A stretch of 64,000 bases of DNA from an uncultured Bacillota bacterium (GTDB taxonomy: Bacteria; Bacillota; Clostridia; Christensenellales; Borkfalkiaceae). Positions 17,713 through 27,424 of this stretch are shown piece by piece. The stretch covers positions 1 to 64,000 of the forward strand of contig CASGEQ010000080.1 in NCBI GenBank assembly GCA_949300535.1, in the 5' to 3' direction. The notes beneath the pieces are model-generated. The model saw only the letters and a list, made by a program, of their open reading frames with translations, was not told the DNA's origin and did not search any database. A program made the translations under genes and the position numbers. Position 1 is the first letter of the stretch. Every line of letters begins with the position of its first letter.

Positions 17713-18615
17713 GTGAGGTACAAAGGAATGGAATACACGGTTTCTCCCGACGAAGTGAAACGCGTCAAAGCGCTCGGATTTTTGCAGGACAAGCGGTATT
17801 CCGATATTTTCAACTGCCGCGTGATCACGGTGAACGGCAAGATCACGGCAGATCAGCACCGCACGATCGCGGAAGCAAGCGAAAAGTTCGGCAACGGCGT
17901 CGTCACGATGACCGTCCGTCTCACCCTGGAAATTCAGGGCGTGAAGTATGAAAACATTCAGCCGCTCATCGATTTTCTCGCCGCGCACGGGCTGGAAACG
18001 GGCGGCACGGGCGCAAAGGTCCGTCCTGTCGTCTCCTGTAAAGGCACAACCTGTCAGTACGGACTCATCGATACGTTTGCGCTTTCCGAAAAAATACACG
18101 AAAAATTCTATAAGGGCTGGCACGACGTCGCGCTTCCCCATAAATTCAAGATCGCGGTGGGCGGATGCCCGAACAACTGCGTCAAGCCCGATCTCAACGA
18201 CATCGGCGTCATCGGGCAGAGAAAACCGCAGGTGTATCTTGACAAATGCCGCGGCTGCAAGAAGTGTCAGGTGGAGCTCGCCTGCCCGATCAAGGTCGCG
18301 AAGGTGAAGGACGGCAAGATCGATATCGATCCCGCCGAATGCAACCGCTGCGGCAGATGCTTCAAAAAGTGCCCGTTCCACGCCGTGGACGATCACGTCA
18401 ACGGATATAAGATCTATCTGGGCGGAAGATGGGGCAAGAGAGTCGCGCAGGGCAGAGCGATGAGCAAACTCTTCACCGACGAGGAGGAGGTGCTTTCCGT
18501 GATCGAACGCGCGATTGCGCTGTTCCGCGACGAGGGGATCAAGGGCGAACGCTTCTCGGATACCGTCGCGCGGCTCGGCTTCGAGACCGTCGAGAAAAAA
18601 CTGTTGGGCGAATAA
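17713..18615 (+). CDS. Small siroheme-type sulfite/nitrite reductase-like protein (NiR/SiR ferredoxin-like plus hemoprotein domains and two 4Fe-4S ferredoxin motifs); AsrC-like or low-MW assimilatory type
   Basis: CKGTTCQYG...GCPNNC siroheme/cluster cysteines, plus CRGCKKCQVELACP and CNRCGRCFKKCP ferredoxin motifs. Confidence 0.65.
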   Translation: MRYKGMEYTVSPDEVKRVKALGFLQDKRYSDIFNCRVITVNGKITADQHRTIAEASEKFGNGVVTMTVRLTLEIQGVKYENIQPLIDFLAAHGLETGGTGAKVRPVVSCKGTTCQYGLIDTFALSEKIHEKFYKGWHDVALPHKFKIAVGGCPNNCVKPDLNDIGVIGQRKPQVYLDKCRGCKKCQVELACPIKVAKVKDGKIDIDPAECNRCGRCFKKCPFHAVDDHVNGYKIYLGGRWGKRVAQGRAMSKLFTDEEEVLSVIERAIALFRDEGIKGERFSDTVARLGFETVEKKLLGE

Positions 18616-18651
18616 CCCGTTCGGGGCGGCGTTGCCGCCCCGTATCTGTTT

Positions 18652-19743
18652 ATGAATTGTCTTTCGTTTGATTTTCACTCCGCATCCGTGGGGATGCGGA
18701 AACATTTTGCGTTTTCGTCCGAACGGCGCGGGCGGCTTCTGACCGATTTCTGCGCCCGCACGGGCGGAAACGCCTTTTTGCTGTGCACCTGTAACCGAAC
18801 CGAACTGTATTTCACCTGCGGGGAGGCAGAGGCACGTTCGGCGTGGGAGGCGCTGACCTCGCCCGAAGCGGCGAAATTTGTCTTTTACGGGGGGGAAGAA
18901 GCGGAAAAACATCTCTTTCGCCTTGCCTGCGGGCTCGAGTCCATGCTGATCGGCGAGGATGAGATCTTAGGTCAGGTCAAGGACGCGTTCCTTTTTGCGC
19001 TGGAAAGGAAGACGACGGATTCGGAACTCAATCTCTGCGCGCGGGCGGCGATCGCCTGCGGCAAGCGCACGAAAGCGCAGACGGGTATCTCCGTCATCCC
19101 GCGCTCTGTTTCCACTCTCGCGGCGAACGCCGTGGCGGCGTTCCCGAAGGAGGAGAAGAGGGTGCTTTTGATCGGCTCGACGGGCAAGATGGGCAGGGCG
19201 ATTCTCGACAATATTTCCGCAAAAAAGCATGTCTTTGTCATCGCCACGACGCGCACGCACGGCGGCTTCTCCCGCGTGGAAGAGAAGGAAAACGTTTTTG
19301 TTGCCGATTATGCCGCCCGTTACGACTATCTGAACGAGGCGGATATCGCGGTATGCTGCACCTCGTCCCCGCACGCAGTATTGACGGAGGAGGGGGTACG
19401 CGGCGCTTTGAAGGAGAAAAAGAAACGGCTGTTTCTGGATATTTCCGTGCCGCCCGACATCGAAGCGGGGGTCGCGGGAATAGAAGACTGCACGCTCGTC
19501 ACGCTGGACGATTTTGAGGCGCAGGCGCAGGAGAACAACCGCGCGTATGAAGCGGAAATACGGCGGGTTGAGAAGCTCCTCGAAGAGGACTGGGAAGACT
19601 ATCGGAAGGAAAAACACCTGCGCGGAAAACTGCGCGAAAGGGAATATACGCCGATGCAGAAAAAACGCGCGTTCGCCGTCCGCGGCGGAACGACGGAGGA
19701 ATACTGCCGCGCGGTGGACGCGGCGCTGGAGGGAGAGGAATGA
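18652..19743 (+). CDS. hemA: Glutamyl-tRNA reductase
   Basis: CNRTELY active-site cysteine motif; LESMLIGEDEILGQVK. An internal start at 18694 is possible. Confidence 0.85.
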   Translation: MNCLSFDFHSASVGMRKHFAFSSERRGRLLTDFCARTGGNAFLLCTCNRTELYFTCGEAEARSAWEALTSPEAAKFVFYGGEEAEKHLFRLACGLESMLIGEDEILGQVKDAFLFALERKTTDSELNLCARAAIACGKRTKAQTGISVIPRSVSTLAANAVAAFPKEEKRVLLIGSTGKMGRAILDNISAKKHVFVIATTRTHGGFSRVEEKENVFVADYAARYDYLNEADIAVCCTSSPHAVLTEEGVRGALKEKKKRLFLDISVPPDIEAGVAGIEDCTLVTLDDFEAQAQENNRAYEAEIRRVEKLLEEDWEDYRKEKHLRGKLREREYTPMQKKRAFAVRGGTTEEYCRAVDAALEGEE

Positions 19744-20273
19744 ATTATTTCCCCATGTTCGTGAGCCTGGAAGGAAAGAAGTGCCTGATTGCGGGCGGCG
19801 GAAAGGTCGCGTTCGGTAAGGCGGAAAAACTGCTTTTATTCGGCGCGGACGTCGTAGCCGTCGCGCCGTCATTTATTCCGCAGTTTGAAAAAATCAGTGC
19901 AACGCTCGTTCGCGGGGCGTATACGCCCGAACTTCTGGACGGCGCGTACCTTGCGATCGCCGCGACGGACGACAAGGCGGTCAACGCGCGCGTCGCCGCC
20001 GATTGCCGCGCCCGCGGGATTCCGATCAACAGCGCGGACGATAAAGAGAACTGCACCTTCTTTTTCCCCGCGCTCGTTTTGCGCGGGGACGTGACGGTGG
20101 GGATCTCGACGGGCGGCGCGTCGCCTTATCTCGCCGCGCGCCTGAGGGAACGCGCGGAAGAAGCGTTTCCCCAATCGCTCAAAGAGATCTGCGAACGCGC
20201 GAAGGCGCTTCGGGGGAGCGTTTCCGCCGAGGAATACGCCCGCGCGGTGGAGGATATGCTGCATGAAAATTAA
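19740..20273 (+). CDS. sirC: Precorrin-2 dehydrogenase / sirohydrochlorin ferrochelatase (CysG N-terminal/Met8-like)
   Basis: NAD-binding LIAGGGKVA motif. ATGA overlap with hemA. Confidence 0.75.
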   Translation: MNYFPMFVSLEGKKCLIAGGGKVAFGKAEKLLLFGADVVAVAPSFIPQFEKISATLVRGAYTPELLDGAYLAIAATDDKAVNARVAADCRARGIPINSADDKENCTFFFPALVLRGDVTVGISTGGASPYLAARLRERAEEAFPQSLKEICERAKALRGSVSAEEYARAVEDMLHEN

Positions 20274-21054
20274 AATCGGAACGCGCGGTTCGCGGCTGGC
20301 GCTCGCACAGGCGGATTTTGCCGTCCGCGCCCTTGAACAAAAGGGATATTCCTGCGAGATCGTCGTCGTGAGCACGCGCGGAGACAAAGACCTTACCCGT
20401 CCCATGCGGGAGTTGGGAAAAGATCTGTTCGTCGACGCTTTTTCGCCCCTTTTGCGAAGCGGGGAGATCGACCTCGCCGTGCACTCGTGCAAGGACCTTC
20501 CCGCGGGGGAAGAATACGATGACTTTTTTGCGCTTTGCCGCGCGGACGAAAGGGACGTTCTCGTTTTCCGCAAAGGCGCGGAGATCAACCGCATCGGTAC
20601 GGGGAGCGCGCGCCGTCAGGCGGAACTTTCCCGCCTGTATCCGCAGGCGGAGTTTTTGCCCGTGCGCGGCAATCTGGATACGCGCATTAAAAAGCTGCTC
20701 GGGGGGGAATACGACGCGCTCGCGCTCGCCAAAGCGGGACTCGACAGGCTCGGCATCAAAGAGACGGAAGAACTCGGGATGCGCGTGTTTGCCGTGGAAG
20801 AGTGCCTGCCCGCGCCCTGTCAGGGCATTATCGCCCTGCAGGGGAAAATCGGCAGAGAGATCGGGAATGAGCAATTGACTGTGACCGCGCGCATCGAACG
20901 CAAATTACAGCGCGAACTCGGCGCGGACTGCGCGTCGGGCGTGGGATGTCTGTTAAAAGACGGCGTGCTTTCCGCCTGCAAAGGGGGAAGGCGGGCAAGC
21001 CTTCCCTATACGGGCGAAGAGAGCATTCATCGCTTAGCGGAGGTCTTGAAATGA
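20263..21054 (+). CDS. hemC: Hydroxymethylbilane synthase (porphobilinogen deaminase)
   Basis: KIGTRGSRLALAQ. Confidence 0.9.
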   Translation: MKIKIGTRGSRLALAQADFAVRALEQKGYSCEIVVVSTRGDKDLTRPMRELGKDLFVDAFSPLLRSGEIDLAVHSCKDLPAGEEYDDFFALCRADERDVLVFRKGAEINRIGTGSARRQAELSRLYPQAEFLPVRGNLDTRIKKLLGGEYDALALAKAGLDRLGIKETEELGMRVFAVEECLPAPCQGIIALQGKIGREIGNEQLTVTARIERKLQRELGADCASGVGCLLKDGVLSACKGGRRASLPYTGEESIHRLAEVLK

Positions 21055-22460
21055 GCCGCATATTTCTCGTCGGCGCAGGCTGCGGGGCGGGCGCGATCAG
21101 CGCAAGAGGACTTTCCCTGCTCCGCCGCTGCGACTGCGTCGTCTACGACGATCTGTTGGACGAAAGCATTCTCGGCGAGTGTCCGTCCGATTGCGAAAAA
21201 ATCTATGTCGGGAAGCGGAGCGGCGCGCATTCCGCGGAGCAGGGGGAGATCAATCGCATCCTCATGGCCTGTGCGGAAAAGCACCGTCTTGTCGTGCGCC
21301 TGAAAGGGGGCGATCCCTATGTGTTCGGGCGGGGCGGCGAAGAAGCGCTCGCGCTGAAAGATGCGGGAGTGCCTTTTGCGGAAATTCCCGCGTCCACGTC
21401 GGCGATCGCCGCTCCTGCGGCGGCGGGAATCCCCGTCACCCATCGCGGCGTTGCGCGTTCCTTTCATGTATATACAGGGCATACGCGCGACGGCGAAATG
21501 CCCGATTATGCGCTGATTGCCCGCACCGAGGGCACGCACATCTTTCTGATGGCGCGCTCGCGCTGCGGGGATATCTGTCGGGGGCTGATTGAAGGAGGTA
21601 TGTCCGAAGATACGCCCTGCGCGCTCGTCTCCGAGGCGGGCATGCCGGGGGAACGCGCCGTGCGCGGCACCCTTTCCGCCCTTCCCGAGTCGATCGCGGA
21701 CATGCCGTCGCCCGCCGTGCTTGTCGTGGGCAAGACCGCGGGCATGGATATCCGTTCCACCCTGCCCCTTGCGGGAGTGACGGTCGCCGTCGCGGGGACG
21801 GGGGAGTATGTCGGAAAGGTATGTACTCTTCTGAACGAGGAGGGGGCATTCGCGCGGCCGCTCGCCGTTGCGGAAGTCAAGGCGCTTGCCTTTGACGCAT
21901 TTTTTGAGCGGATGAAGGAGTTTTCCGTTCTCGCGTTCACGAGCTCCAACGGCGTGCGCATTTTCTTTGCGCGGGCGAAGGAGAAAAAGATCGATCACCG
22001 CGCGTTCGCGAAATACAAATTTGCGGTCGTGGGGAAGGGAACCGCGGAAACGCTCGCGGAATTCGGTTTTTACGCCGATATCATCCCGTCCGTGCATACG
22101 GCGGCGGGACTTGCGGAAAAACTCCGCGGGATGAAAGGCGTCGCCGTTCTCCGCGCCGAGGGCGGGAATCCCGCGCTTACGGAGATCGGCGAAGAATTTT
22201 TATTATACCGTCTTTATTACGATGATGAAAAATTGCGGCAATGCGTCTATGAAGCGGAGCGGGCGGATATCATTGCGTTTTCCTCCGCGCAGACCGTCCG
22301 CGGATTGCTGCCTCTTTTGTCCATGGAGCGCCGTCCGCCGCTCGTGTGTATCGGCGAAGAGACGGCGAAAGCCATTCGCGCGTTCGGATATACTCCCGTC
22401 ATCGCAAAAGACGCGTCGGCGGAATCGCTTGTAAAGGAGATTATATCATGCAGAGATTGA
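21051..22460 (+). CDS. cobA/hemD: Uroporphyrinogen-III C-methyltransferase fused to uroporphyrinogen-III synthase
   Basis: IFLVGAGCGAG...GGDPYVFGRGGEE (CobA/SUMT) followed by a HemD-like C-terminal half. ATGA overlap with hemC. Confidence 0.85.
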   Translation: MSRIFLVGAGCGAGAISARGLSLLRRCDCVVYDDLLDESILGECPSDCEKIYVGKRSGAHSAEQGEINRILMACAEKHRLVVRLKGGDPYVFGRGGEEALALKDAGVPFAEIPASTSAIAAPAAAGIPVTHRGVARSFHVYTGHTRDGEMPDYALIARTEGTHIFLMARSRCGDICRGLIEGGMSEDTPCALVSEAGMPGERAVRGTLSALPESIADMPSPAVLVVGKTAGMDIRSTLPLAGVTVAVAGTGEYVGKVCTLLNEEGAFARPLAVAEVKALAFDAFFERMKEFSVLAFTSSNGVRIFFARAKEKKIDHRAFAKYKFAVVGKGTAETLAEFGFYADIIPSVHTAAGLAEKLRGMKGVAVLRAEGGNPALTEIGEEFLLYRLYYDDEKLRQCVYEAERADIIAFSSAQTVRGLLPLLSMERRPPLVCIGEETAKAIRAFGYTPVIAKDASAESLVKEIISCRD

Positions 22461-23428
22461 GAAGACTGAGAAAAAGCAGCGCATTCCGCGAACTCGTCGC
22501 GGAGACTGCGGTAAAAAAGAGAGGGCTCATTCTGCCCGTTTTCGTGTGTGAGGGAAAGGATATCAGAGAGCCCGTTCCATCCATGCCGGGCGTGTTCCGT
22601 TATTCCGTCGACCGATTGGAAGAGATCGCCGAGGGGGTGCGCCGTTCGGGGATCGGGGGCGTGATGCTGTTCGGCGTTCCCGATCATAAAGACGAAACGG
22701 GGAGCGGCGCGTATGCGGACGACGGCGTCGTCCAGCGCGCCCTGCGTTTTCTGCGCGGATATCTCAAAAGGACAGGCTCCGAGTTTTTGCTCATCGCGGA
22801 TATCTGCCTTTGCGAATACACCTCGCACGGGCATTGCGGGATTTTATGCGGCGGGGAAGTGGATAACGACAAGTCGCTTCCCTATCATGCGGCGGCGGCG
22901 TTATCCTGCGTGAAAGCGGGGGCGGATATGGTCGCACCCTCGTCCATGATGGACGGCGCGGTCGCCGCCATCCGCGCCCTGCTCGACGAAAACGGATACG
23001 AAAACACGCCGATCATGGGATACAGCGCAAAATTTGCCTCCGCGTTTTACGGGCCGTTCCGCGACGCCGCCGATTCCGCGCCTCAGTCGGGAAACCGCAA
23101 GGGATATCAGATGGATTACCGCAACGGCCGCGAGGCGCTGCGCGAAGCGGAAACGGATATGGAGGAGGGCGCGGATATCGTCATGGTCAAGCCCGGGCTT
23201 GCCTATCTCGACGTGCTTTCCCGCGTGGCGGAGATTTCCGACCGTCCCGTCGCCGTGTACAACGTGAGCGGGGAATATTCGATGGTAAAAGCGGCGGCGC
23301 AGGCGGGCTGGATTGACGAAAGGGCGATCGTCATCGAGGAGATGACGGCATTTTTCCGTGCGGGCGCGGATATCGTCATTACCTATCATGCGCTCGATTA
23401 TGTGAAGTGGACGGAGGGAAAACAATGA
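22448..23428 (+). CDS. hemB: Porphobilinogen synthase (ALA dehydratase)
   Basis: ICLCEYTSHGHCG, active-site lysine region (VKPGLAYLD). Confidence 0.9.
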   Translation: MQRLRRLRKSSAFRELVAETAVKKRGLILPVFVCEGKDIREPVPSMPGVFRYSVDRLEEIAEGVRRSGIGGVMLFGVPDHKDETGSGAYADDGVVQRALRFLRGYLKRTGSEFLLIADICLCEYTSHGHCGILCGGEVDNDKSLPYHAAAALSCVKAGADMVAPSSMMDGAVAAIRALLDENGYENTPIMGYSAKFASAFYGPFRDAADSAPQSGNRKGYQMDYRNGREALREAETDMEEGADIVMVKPGLAYLDVLSRVAEISDRPVAVYNVSGEYSMVKAAAQAGWIDERAIVIEEMTAFFRAGADIVITYHALDYVKWTEGKQ

Positions 23429-24684
23429 ATTCGGAAGAGCTTTTTTCTCGGGCGGTGAAGGTGATCCCCGGCGGGGTGAATTCACCCGTCCGCGCGTTCG
23501 GCGCGGTGGGCGGAAAGCCCTTTTTCGTGACCCGAGCGAAGGGAGACCGCCTGTTCGATGCGGACGGAAGGGAATATATCGACTATGTCTGTTCGTGGGG
23601 GCCGTGCATTCTGGGACACGCATATCCCGAAATCGTCGAGGCGGTGGAAAAGACCTGCCGCGACGGACTCACCTTCGGCGCGCCCACCGAGCGCGAGGTG
23701 GAACTGGCGGAACTCATATCTCAGGCGGTGCCCGCAGCGGAGATGGTGCGGCTCGTCAATTCGGGCACGGAAGCGACCATGTCCGCCATCCGTGCGGCGC
23801 GCGGCTTCACGGGGCGGGACAAGATTATAAAATTCCGCGGCAATTATCACGGGCATTCGGACGGTTTGCTCGTAAAGGCGGGATCGGGTTGTCTGACGGG
23901 CGGCGTGCCCGACAGCGCGGGCGTGCCCGCGTCTTTCACGAGGGAAACGTTGGTCGCCGAGTATAACGATCTTTCGTCCGTTGAGGCACTGTTTGCGAAT
24001 AATCGCGGACAGATCGCCTGCGTGATCGTGGAGCCCGTGGCGGCAAATATGGGCGTAGTGCCGCCCGCGGACGGATTTTTGCAGGGTCTGCGCGAGATCA
24101 CCGCACGGGAAGGCGCGCTTCTCCTCTTTGATGAAGTGATCACGGGCTTCCGCATCGCATACGGCGGCGCGAGCGAATATTTCGGGGTCACGCCCGATCT
24201 GTTTGCGTTCGGCAAGATCGTGGGCGGTGGAATGCCGCTCGCCTGTTACGGCGGAAGGCGGGAGATCCTCTCCTGCGTTGCGCCTGCGGGGAAGGTCTAT
24301 CAGGCGGGTACGCTTTCGGGCAACCCCGTCGCCGTGGCGGCGGGACTCGCCGCTTTGAAAGCGCTCGCGCGGCAGAAGGATACGATCTATTCCGAACTCG
24401 ATCGGAAGGGCGCGCGCCTGCAGAAAATTTATGAAGAGTGCGGGATCGCCGTCAATCGGGTGGGAAGCCTGCTCACGCCCTTTTTCGGGGTGTCTTCCGT
24501 CCGCAGTTATGCCGACGTCTCCAAGTGCGATAAGGAGAAGTTTGCACGGTATTTTTCCGCAATGCTCAAAGAGGGGATCTACGTTGCGCCTTCTCAATTC
24601 GAGGCGATGTTTGTCTCCGCGGCGCACAGCGAAGAGGACATTTCCCGCACGTGCGACGCTATCCGCCGTTCGGTCCTGAACTGA
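23425..24684 (+). CDS. hemL: Glutamate-1-semialdehyde 2,1-aminomutase
   Basis: GGVNSPVRAF, PLP-binding lysine motif (FGKIVGGG). Confidence 0.9.
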   Translation: MNSEELFSRAVKVIPGGVNSPVRAFGAVGGKPFFVTRAKGDRLFDADGREYIDYVCSWGPCILGHAYPEIVEAVEKTCRDGLTFGAPTEREVELAELISQAVPAAEMVRLVNSGTEATMSAIRAARGFTGRDKIIKFRGNYHGHSDGLLVKAGSGCLTGGVPDSAGVPASFTRETLVAEYNDLSSVEALFANNRGQIACVIVEPVAANMGVVPPADGFLQGLREITAREGALLLFDEVITGFRIAYGGASEYFGVTPDLFAFGKIVGGGMPLACYGGRREILSCVAPAGKVYQAGTLSGNPVAVAAGLAALKALARQKDTIYSELDRKGARLQKIYEECGIAVNRVGSLLTPFFGVSSVRSYADVSKCDKEKFARYFSAMLKEGIYVAPSQFEAMFVSAAHSEEDISRTCDAIRRSVLN

Positions 24685-24740
24685 AGCCGACATGCCGTTT
24701 TTGCTTCTGAGAATAATTTTCGCGAAATCCCCTTCAGGGG

Positions 24741-24769
24741 TTGCATGAACGAAAATTGTGTGATATAAT
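24741..24769 (+). promoter_or_regulatory. Sigma-A-type promoter
   Basis: TTGCAT, 17 nt, then TATAAT. Confidence 0.55.
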
Positions 24770-24842
24770 AATTTTGTTCAGTTAAATGCGCCTTTCGATC
24801 AAACGGCGTGAAAAATAAAAACATTCAGGAGTGTTTACGGCT

Positions 24843-26483
24843 ATGTCAGAAAAGAAATCGGGTAAATCGGGGAAAGGCGGCGCGGCGCTCGTCGTTCTCG
24901 GAATTATATTGCTTGTACTCGCGATCGGGGCAGGCGTGCTGATCGCGTATCCCGGCAGTAAAGTAATGGAATTGCTGGAACAGTGGATTCCGCTGAATCT
25001 TACCAATTCGATCGTGCTTCCCGTGACGGCGGCGGTTCTTTCCGTTTTGGGTCTGATCGGGTTGATTACGGGTTTGTGTCTGCTTTCCCGTGCGAAGAAA
25101 TCTGCAGGCGCTGCGGAAGTTGCGGAAACTGCGCCCGCAGAGCCCGCCAAAGAGGAGCCTGAAGCGGCTGCCGAGGAGCCCGTCAAGGAAGAGCCCGAAG
25201 CGGTTGCCGAAGAACCTGTCAAAGAGGAGCCCGAGGCGGCTGCCGAAGAGCCCGTGAAAGAGGAGCCCGAAGCGGTTGCCGAAGAACCTGTCAAAGAGGA
25301 ACCCGAAGCAGCTTCCGAAGAACCTGTCAAAGAGGAGCCCGAAGCGGCTGCGGAAGAGCCCGTGAAAGAGGAACCCGAAGCAGTTGCCGAAGAACCTGAC
25401 AAAGAGGAGCCCGAAGCGGCTGCCGAAGAGCCCGCCAAAGAGGAGCCCGAAGCGGCTGCCGAAGAACCTGTCAAAGAGGAGCCCGAAGCGGTTGCCGAAG
25501 AATCTGTCAAAGAGGAGCCCGCAGAGAAAGCAGAGAAAGCGGATCGTTTTGCGGGGCTTCCCGTCGAAGTGGAGTATGTCGAGGGCGAGGTGCCCGAAGG
25601 ATCGGACGGATATCTGTTTACGCCGAGATACAAAAAGTCCTTTGTGGCGAAGATGGCGCTCGGGACGGACGCAGCCCGCACATATTATGCGCAGATCAAG
25701 CACAAGGCGCTTTCGTATGACCGAGTGCGCAGCCGCATTTCCTGGAATTTCGACCGTTTCAATCTGGGCAGACAGACTATACTCAAAATGACCGTGCGCG
25801 GCAAGACGCTTTGCTGTTATTTCGCGGCGGATCCCGCGCAGATGCCCGAAAAATACTATACGCGCGATGTGAGCGACGTAAAGAAATTTCAAAATACGCC
25901 CGTCATGCTGCCTGTCCGCAGCGCGAGAGCGGCGAAATATGCCTGTGAGATTCTGGAAGGGATCCTCAAAGCGGAGAACGCCGAATTTACGGGCGAGCAT
26001 ACCGAGGATGTAGAAACGGAAGTCCGCGCGCGCACGCTCGAACAGCTCATCGACGAGGGCGAGGTTATCGAACTTCTCAGCGAGGAGGATTATGAGGCGC
26101 GCAGTCAGCTGCGCGGAAGGCTCTTCCCCGGTCAGGCGCTCCGCACTTCCGTCAAGGCGGAAGAAGTGGACGATATCCTGACGGACGACGAGGCGAAGAT
26201 CCTTCTGGAAAACAAGAAGGTTTCGCGCATCGACCGTTCCCGCCGCGCGATCGTCAACGTCGATCAGCTTTCCGACGCTTTTGAAGACGGCGATACGGTC
26301 ACGCCTGATTGCATGAAGGAGAAGAAACTCATTCCCGAAAAGACGACTTACGTCAAGGTGCTTGCGCGCGGCACGCTCAACAAGCGCCTGATCGTGGAAG
26401 CAAACGATTTCTCGCTCGGCGCGGTCAAGATGATCACCGTCTTGGGCGGCGAACCCGTCAGACTGATCAATTTTGACGATTAA
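24843..26483 (+). CDS. Membrane-anchored protein with two N-terminal TM segments, 11 tandem EEPVKEEPEAAA repeats, and a C-terminal domain resembling ribosomal protein uL15
   Basis: AGGAG RBS. KVLARGTLNKRLIVEANDFSLGAVKMITVLGGEPVRL resembles the uL15 C-terminal signature. Confidence 0.5.
   Translation: MSEKKSGKSGKGGAALVVLGIILLVLAIGAGVLIAYPGSKVMELLEQWIPLNLTNSIVLPVTAAVLSVLGLIGLITGLCLLSRAKKSAGAAEVAETAPAEPAKEEPEAAAEEPVKEEPEAVAEEPVKEEPEAAAEEPVKEEPEAVAEEPVKEEPEAASEEPVKEEPEAAAEEPVKEEPEAVAEEPDKEEPEAAAEEPAKEEPEAAAEEPVKEEPEAVAEESVKEEPAEKAEKADRFAGLPVEVEYVEGEVPEGSDGYLFTPRYKKSFVAKMALGTDAARTYYAQIKHKALSYDRVRSRISWNFDRFNLGRQTILKMTVRGKTLCCYFAADPAQMPEKYYTRDVSDVKKFQNTPVMLPVRSARAAKYACEILEGILKAENAEFTGEHTEDVETEVRARTLEQLIDEGEVIELLSEEDYEARSQLRGRLFPGQALRTSVKAEEVDDILTDDEAKILLENKKVSRIDRSRRAIVNVDQLSDAFEDGDTVTPDCMKEKKLIPEKTTYVKVLARGTLNKRLIVEANDFSLGAVKMITVLGGEPVRLINFDD
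25139..25534 (+). repeat. 11 tandem 36-bp in-frame coding repeats
   Basis: Repeat unit gaagaRccYgtSaaagaggaRccSgaRgcRgYtgcc. Confidence 0.85.
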
Positions 26484-26497
26484 ACATAAAATGCATT

Positions 26498-26541
26498 GCC
26501 GCCCCGTCCGAATCATCGGACGGGGCGGATTGTTTGTTTTA
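26498..26541 (+). terminator. Rho-independent terminator
   Basis: GCCGCCCCGTCCGaatcatCGGACGGGGCGG plus a T-rich tail. Confidence 0.7.
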
Positions 26542-26592
26542 ATCTTTTTCCGTGTGAGAATGTGACAAATGTAAAAGTTTCGTTTTCTGTAC

Positions 26593-26621
26593 TTGACAAA
26601 AATTTACGGCGGGAATAAAAT
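26593..26621 (+). promoter_or_regulatory. Sigma-A-type promoter
   Basis: TTGACA, 17 nt, then TAAAAT. Confidence 0.5.
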
Positions 26622-26720
26622 AAGCGCATAACATCAGCAGGTAATATTGGAAACGCACATCCTCCGGATGATTCACGAACAACACGCCGATGGAAATCGT
26701 GATAATCAGGAGGTTATTTT

Positions 26721-27269
26721 ATGCCCAGAACCAAATTACAGGAAGTGGTATTCACCGTCATCATGGTGTTTTTCATGGTATATGCCATGATCTGCTATAA
26801 CATCGCTCTCAACGTGGGCGGAATGAGCAACGAGGTCTTTGTGCTCGCGTTCAACGAACTCGTGATTATGGGCCCCATTGCGTTTGTGCTTGATTTTTTC
26901 CTCGTGGGATTTCTCGCCAAGAAGATCATGTTCCGCATTTTTCACCCCGAACGCGATAATCCGTTTTTTCTGATTCTGGGAATTTCCGCGGTCTCGGTGA
27001 TCTTCATGTGCCCGCTGATGAGCCTTGCTGCGACCATTCTGTTCAAGGACGCGGGCGTGCAGTTTTTTGCGGTCTGGGTGCAGACGACTGCGATGAATTT
27101 CCCGATGGCGCTGTGCTGGCAGATCTTCTTTGCAGGTCCGATCGTCCGTGCGATTTTTGCACTTCTGATGCGCGGATATCGCGCCGTCGCGGCTAAATGC
27201 CGCCGCAAAAAGGCAGGAGAGGCGCCTGAAGAGGAAAGAAGCGAAGAAGGGGCGGAACCGAGAACCTGA
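26721..27269 (+). CDS. DUF2798-like membrane protein
   Basis: 182 aa with 4 TM segments and a GGAGG RBS. Confidence 0.55.
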   Translation: MPRTKLQEVVFTVIMVFFMVYAMICYNIALNVGGMSNEVFVLAFNELVIMGPIAFVLDFFLVGFLAKKIMFRIFHPERDNPFFLILGISAVSVIFMCPLMSLAATILFKDAGVQFFAVWVQTTAMNFPMALCWQIFFAGPIVRAIFALLMRGYRAVAAKCRRKKAGEAPEEERSEEGAEPRT

Positions 27270-27388
27270 GTCCGTCGCGAAGGGTAATTACCCGAACTCA
27301 GATAAGAGCCGGCAGAGTTTTCCGGATGCCGACCAAAGAGGCGGCAATCTCGTCTTTTGGGTTCAGAATGAAATAAAAAACAGAATCA

Positions 27389-27424
27389 AATGAGTCCGAT
27401 TTTATCATCGGGCTCATTTTTTAT
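27389..27424 (+). terminator. Rho-independent terminator
   Basis: AATGAGTCCGATtttatcATCGGGCTCATTtttttatt. Confidence 0.8.

Noticed and set aside
25139-25534. Regular 36-bp repeats, which might suggest a CRISPR array
   Set aside because: The repeats are contiguous with no spacers and are in-frame within a protein-coding gene (EEPVKEEPEAAA). No cas genes nearby.
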